NCBI GenBank assembly: GCA_951406725.2
Contig: OX597814.1
Span: 176,824,001 to 176,888,000 of the forward strand
DNA: 64,000 nt
Source: Octopus vulgaris
Lineage: Eukaryota
Direction of reading: 5' to 3'
Shown here: piece after piece, positions 63,917 through 64,000 of the stretch
Numbering within the stretch: position 1 is the stretch's first letter
Layout of the letters: every line of letters starts with the position of its first letter
Translations under genes and position numbers: made by a program
Notes under the pieces: model-generated
What the model was told of the DNA's origin: nothing
The model's database searches: none
The model's input: the letters and a program-made list of their open reading frames with translations, nothing else

Positions 63917-64000
63917 CGAGTCCTTGCATACAGGCAGGTCTCTTGCATCCCGCTCCAGTTGAGTGTTCCTAATCTTGCAGGCTCGTAGATGCTGGTACCA

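Overview
AT-rich eukaryotic genomic DNA crowded with microsatellites and SINEs. The SINE, RTE-LINE and MITE families look like those of an Octopus (coleoid cephalopod) genome; this is recognition, not a database result. One protein-coding gene is supported, on the minus strand. It has a giant 3,147-nt exon (19060-15914, ATG at 18993) that splices in consistent phase to exons 9512-9350 and 1796-1656, then continues past the left edge of the window. The visible ~1,128 aa are a long low-complexity region with short linear motifs (DFGDF, duplicated [DE]FLDFD, EPIYEDI), followed by the start of an ordered domain with a Q...SACG-helix motif suggestive of a papain-fold/C39-like enzyme. Positions 19061-64000 look like upstream intron or intergenic DNA. 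Non-coding DNA across the window holds a decayed mariner, TA-, TTAA- and 8-bp-TSD MITEs, non-autonomous Helitrons, RTE and R4-type LINE remnants, several tRNA-derived SINE families and two minisatellites. The most notable observations are minimal hammerhead-ribozyme motifs in Penelope-like repeats, uORFs plus a second splice donor at the start of the giant exon, a fold-back element built from two transposase 3' ends, and a triple-nested transposon. No prokaryotic system, CRISPR array, rRNA or intact tRNA gene is supported. Most short ORFs in the track are noise from repeats.
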